Assembly: GCF_006345805.1 (NCBI RefSeq)
Contig: NC_043021.1
Span: 28,644,001 to 28,708,000, forward strand
DNA: 64,000 bases
Direction: 5' to 3'
Source: Octopus sinensis
Taxonomy: Eukaryota
Made by a program: the position numbers and the translations under genes. Below are positions 58,850 through 64,000 of this stretch, piece by piece; the first letter of the stretch is position 1; every line of letters starts with the position of its first letter. The notes beneath the pieces were generated by a model, which saw nothing but the letters and a program-made list of their open reading frames with translations, made no database searches and was not told the DNA's origin.

Positions 58850-60900
58850 TATGGATTTTACAGGTAAGATAGAACCGCTGTTTTGGGATTCATCTTTGAA
58901 AGATATTCCTATTCCTTCTAGAAAGGAATTTATCTTGAAACTTGTTAATAATGTTAAAGATTTTATTTCTAGAATTAAATGGAAAGCTTTTTACTATAAT
59001 TTTTATTTATTTAATGATATTGATAGTAGGAATGATAATTATACCTCTAAATTTAAATCTAGAAAGGAACCTCCATTTAATAAAGAATTACAATTACTTG
59101 AAGATAGTATATGGAAGGTGGTAAAAAATATTGAATTCCATAAATACCCAAATAGAAATAATGAATATTTAAGGAATTTAGCAATTAAATTAAAGATATG
59201 AGAAATATGGATAGTATTATAGTACAATCTGATAAAACAAGGAACTTATATAAATTAGATGTTAAATTATATGATAAACTATTAGGGAAAGAAATAATTA
59301 AAAATATAAAATTGTTCCAGATGATATTCTTTATAATATTAATAAGGCCTCTAAAGTAGTAATGTTAAAATATGAGTTGGATAATAAAACTGAACCTTAT
59401 GTACCTTTGCACCCCAGAATTACTCTTAAAGACCATAAAGATAATTTTTATTCAGACCCTAAAGTTAGATTAATTTGCCCATGTAAATCGGACCTAGGTA
59501 AATTAAGTAAATTTATTTTAGATAAATATATTGATAAGTTAAATAAACTTAATTATTTAAAATTATGGTTAGTAATAATAATACATTGAAATGGTTTAAT
59601 AATATTAAAGATAAAAATCGTTATAAATTTATTCAAATAGATATAGATAATTATTATTCTTCTATTAATGAAATTGTGTTTAATAAAGCGCTTATTTTCG
59701 CAATGAATAAAGTGGGCATGTCACGGGAAGAAGTTAATGTAATTAAATTGGCTAGGAAATCGCTAATTAAATATAAAAATAAATTATGGGCTAGGAATGA
59801 TACTAGAGATTGTTTTGATATACCTATGGGAGCACCAGATTCTGCACAGGCTACTGATTTAGTAGGTATTTTTCTTTTATCTGAACTCCAATTAGAAAAT
59901 CTTAAGATAGAGGGTGGTTATATAGAGACGATCTTATACTAGTTACAAAGAATTGTACTAATAGGAATCTAGAAGTATATAAGAAAAAACTATATAGTTT
60001 CTTTAAAAGATATGGTTTACGTATTACTATATATAAGGAGAATTATAATGTTAATTATTTAGATGTTAATTTTAATCTTATTACAGGTAAAACACAACCA
60101 TATCATAAACTTAATGAGAACCTTAGATATATAAATGTTAATAGTAATCACCCATTTTCTATTAAAAAATCGTTGATTAATAATATAAGTAAACGTATTT
60201 CATTACTCTCTTATGATATAGAGATTTTTAATAAACATACTAATTATTATAATGAGGCCCTTAGAGGGGCAGGTTATAATAAGAATATTAAATTTTATAA
60301 TATTAGCGATAATGATTTAAATGATAATTTTCGAGATACTTCTAATAATAATTATAATTTTGTTACGTTTAGTGGTAAAAATAATAGATATTATAAAAAA
60401 AATATAAAAATGATAAAAATATAAATAAGAATAATAATAATAATAATAAATATAATAATAATATATAAATAAGAATAATATAAATAAAAATAAATTTAAT
60501 AATTATTATAATAATTATATTGATAAATTTAATAATATTAATAATTCCTTAAATGCTGTACATAGATATAATTCTGATAATAATTTTAATAAAATAAAGA
60601 ATTATAAATATATTTATAATAATGATAATAATAATAAGGTTAATAAGAATAAAATTTGGTTAATAGTTCCTTATGGAGATCAAGTTAAAACGAATATTAT
60701 TAAAGAGATTTTAGATGTTATAGAACTATTTATTAGAGATAATCGTAAATATAGAAACATTTTCTCTTTTAATAATTTTGGAGTTGGTTACTCTACCACT
60801 AATAATGTTGGTAACATTATTTCTTCATTTAATAAATATAAACTGAATAATTTTTATAAAAAGAAATTATTTGTTAATAATATTAATAATGATAAGACTT
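58850..60900 (+). pseudogene. PLE family B RT ORF, frameshifted, lacking the endonuclease
   Basis: [61 protein letters not shown] (shifted frame), KIW..PY..VKTN..GYS. Confidence 0.88.
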
Positions 60901-61661
60901 ATATTAATTGGTTGTCTAGGATTTAATTATAGTTAGTCTTTATTGATATTTCTTTGTTTTAATTAGTTCATTTTTAATGTATATTAATTTAGCAGTTTAT
61001 GGTACGTTAAAACTTTAATAATTTATATTAGATTTTTTTATTTTTTTATTTTTATTTTTATTTATTTTATTTTATTATGTATTTTTATTTTGCATTTGTT
61101 ATATGTATTTGAGGATATATTTATATGTTTTTGGGTGTTATTTAGTGGTGTTTTTATTGAGTTTTGTATGTATGTGTGAATGTTTAAGATCCCTTTGTTT
61201 TTTGTTTTTTTTGTTTGTATGTGAATTGACAGATTTTATTTGGGTATTGTCTTTATATAAAGTACACACCCATAACAATTATAAGTGCCCACTTCATTCG
61301 TTGTACTTGGGTTTGCATGTGAGCCTCAGCATATGCACCTAACGGCCACTCCAGCCCCACATGGATAAATAAACACATACATCCCCTGTGTAAGTGTATC
61401 TCCGGTGTATATGTTGAGGCTTATATGTAGAGTTGTTGAAGGGAACGTCGTTGAAATTGTGAATGAATGGGTAGAGTTGGGAATTGTAACCGGGTGGTGG
61501 ACTAGTGTTGCTTGGAATTGTGAATGGATTAGGGTGGTAATGAGGTAGGCATTGAGTATGGGTTACTGTAAGTTGTTTGTTAGAGTTGCTAGGGTGAGAT
61601 AAAGCTCATAAATGTATATAACTGATTTTTCATGATAGTTTTTAAAGAATCCATTCATAAT

Positions 61662-61706
<45 letters not shown>

Positions 61707-63211
61707 TAGCGTTGGTTTGCTACGTGGAAATAGTTTTTAGTTCCATTTATTATATTTCTCCATTCATACTATGAATGACGTTTACTTTTTATGGCGCGTA
61801 TTCTTCTTTTTTTACATTAGTTATTTCCAAGGTAACGTAATTTTGTTTGGTTTTTTAACGGCTAAGAATCTAATTTCACTTCATAATTTGTAACTGAATT
61901 GTAAGTATGTATTTGATTTATCCTTATGTCATAATGTTATTTTTGATATTCTGGTTAATTACGATGTATTTATTGTTGTTTTCATAAGAGTGTTTATGTA
62001 TATGAGATTGGTTGTGAGTTTTTAATTGTATAATTAATTTATTTATCTGTATGAGTGTGGGTGTAAATATTGTTGTATATCGAGTTTTAGTGAGTATGTA
62101 TATGCGTATATGTGAGGGAGCATATGTATCTGTTGTGTGTGTGTGTTTTGCGTGTGTGTGTGTTTTGTGTGTGAATGTGTATTTGGGTTTGTTATTAGGA
62201 TTTGGGATGTATGTGTTAATTTGTCTGTGTGGGGAGGGAGTGGTTTTTGTGTATATTGAGGTTTATAAGTTAGTATAGGTTTGTGTATAAGTCTTGGTCT
62301 GTGGTTTACGTGTGGGTTTTTTGTGTGTGAATGTTTAGGTTAGGGGGATTGCTATATAAGTTTGTTATAGGGTTTAGCAAAGGGAGATTTTATCGTTATA
62401 TGCTTTTATGAGTTTTGGTTTATCATGGTTTTTTTAGGTATTTGTGGTATTTTGTCTATTTTAGGTGTTGGTTTTTTTTACATTGTTTCATTAATAATTT
62501 TTGAGTGGTGTTCGTTTTGCCACGTGAATAACCGGGTGGTGGACTAGCGTTGCTTGGAATGTGAATGGAATAGTGTAGTAGTGAGGTAGGCATAGAGAAT
62601 GGGATTGGGTTACTGCAAGTTGTTTGTTAGAGATGTTAAGGTGAGTTAAAGCTCATAAATGTATATAATGTTTTTGTGGGTGTGTAAGTATTGTTGTATA
62701 TGTAGAGTTTAGTGAGTATGTATAGGCGTATATGTGAGGGAGAGTATATGTATCTTTTGTGTGTGAGTGTTTTGCGTGTGAGTGTGTGTTTTGTGTGTGA
62801 ATGTGTATATGGGTTTGTTATTTAGGTTTGGGATGTATGTGTTAATTGTCTGTGTGGGGAGGGAGTGGGTTTGGTGTATATTGAGGTTTATAAGTTAGTA
62901 TAGGTATGTGTATAAGTCGTGAGTCTGTGGTTACGTACGTGTGTGTATTTGTGTGTGAATGTTTAGGTTAGGGGGTTTACTTTATAGGTTTGTTATAGAG
63001 TTTAGCAAAGGGAGATTTTATCGTTTATGTTTTTAAGAGTTTTGTTTTATCATGGTTTTTTTAGGGAATTCGTGGTAATTAGTCTATATTTTCGATATGG
63101 ATTATATATAGGTTATATATGGATTATATACTTATATTTTTTCATTTATACTTTAATTATTTAAAAGTATTATTTTTATATTTTATAATTTTGATTTTTT
63201 AGATTGGAAGT

Positions 63212-63254
63212 CCACCTGAAGATTGTCGATCAAGACAAGAAACGATTGTAGTGG
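63212..63254 (+). ncRNA. Type I hammerhead ribozyme (PLE family B)
   Basis: Same sequence as 58575-58617. Confidence 0.8.
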
Positions 63255-63479
63255 CGGTTTTTTGACTATTTATTAATTTATGTATTGATTAAGTCTTTCC
63301 TTGTTTGTTTGCAAAATAGTGGTTTCGTCTCAAATAATATTTTATAATATTTTACTATAAAATGGATTTAATCCTAAATCTGATTTTTTTTCCTGTAAAT
63401 TTGGATATATCCCTAATATTTATTATTTATATAATATTGATAATTTTGTATATTGAGTGTAATACCTCAATTTCGCAAA

Positions 63480-64000
63480 TTATGGATTTACAGGTAAGAT
63501 AGAACCGCTGTTTTGGGATTCATCTTTGAAAGATATTCCTATTCCTTCTAGAAAGGAATTTATCTTGAAACTTGTTAATAATGTTAAAGATTTTATTTCT
63601 AGAATTAAATGGAAAGCTTTTTACTATAATTTTTATTTATTTAATGATATTGATAGTAGGAATGATAATTATACCTCTAAATTTAAATCTAGAAAGGAAC
63701 CTCCATTTAATAAAGAATTACAATTACTTGAAGATAGTATATGGAAGGTGGTAAAAAATATTGAATTCCATAAATACCCAAATAGAAATAATGAATATTT
63801 AAGGAATTTAGCAATTAAATTAAAGATATGAGAAATATGGATAGTATTATAGTACAATCTGATAAAACAAGGAACTTATATAAATTAGATGTAAATTATA
63901 TGATAAACTATTAGGAAAGAAATAATTAAAAAATATAAAATTGTTCCAGATGATATTCTTTATAATATTAATAAGGCCTCTAAAGTAGTAATGTTAAAAT
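63480..64000 (+). pseudogene. N-terminus of the next PLE family B ORF (runs off the window)
   Basis: Near-identical to 58850-59360, including the stop after LAIKLKI. Confidence 0.85.

Larger units (their letters stand above)
57660..64000 (+). mobile_element. PLE family B head-to-tail tandem: partial pLTR, RT ORF, 3' UTR/pLTR, start of next ORF
   Basis: HHRs at 58574 and 63211 (TCCAC starts); 58560-59360 is repeated at 63200-64000. Confidence 0.88.

Overview
AT-rich, microsatellite-dense eukaryotic repeat landscape with no supportable host gene. The tRNA-headed SINEs resemble those I recall from octopus, so the host is probably a cephalopod (inference). The dominant theme is hammerhead ribozymes (HHRs). 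(1) A 12.7-kb array (13152-25840) of about 491-492-bp units in which every complete unit carries a type I HHR with a 68-nt stem II insert: 21 on +, 4 complete plus 1 partial on -. The array switches polarity at 15389-15392 and abuts (TA)n at both outer ends. It looks like a non-LTR retrozyme or ribozyme satellite. (2) Three Penelope-like element (PLE) families encoding RT and GIY-YIG (A 3901-6770 and 53293-54577; C 8341-12699; B 1-3835 and 54684-64000), each with its own HHR. (3) Several small fold-back elements with outward-facing HHRs or HHR-like cores (35811-36572, 37607-38294, 38403-38647). Also present: two head-to-tail R4/Dong-like non-LTR retrotransposons in (TAA)n (46353-52190), mariner remnants and SINEs. 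All RNA structures were folded by eye and none has been tested. Homopolymer indels suggest long-read error, so some frameshifts and junctions need read-level checking.
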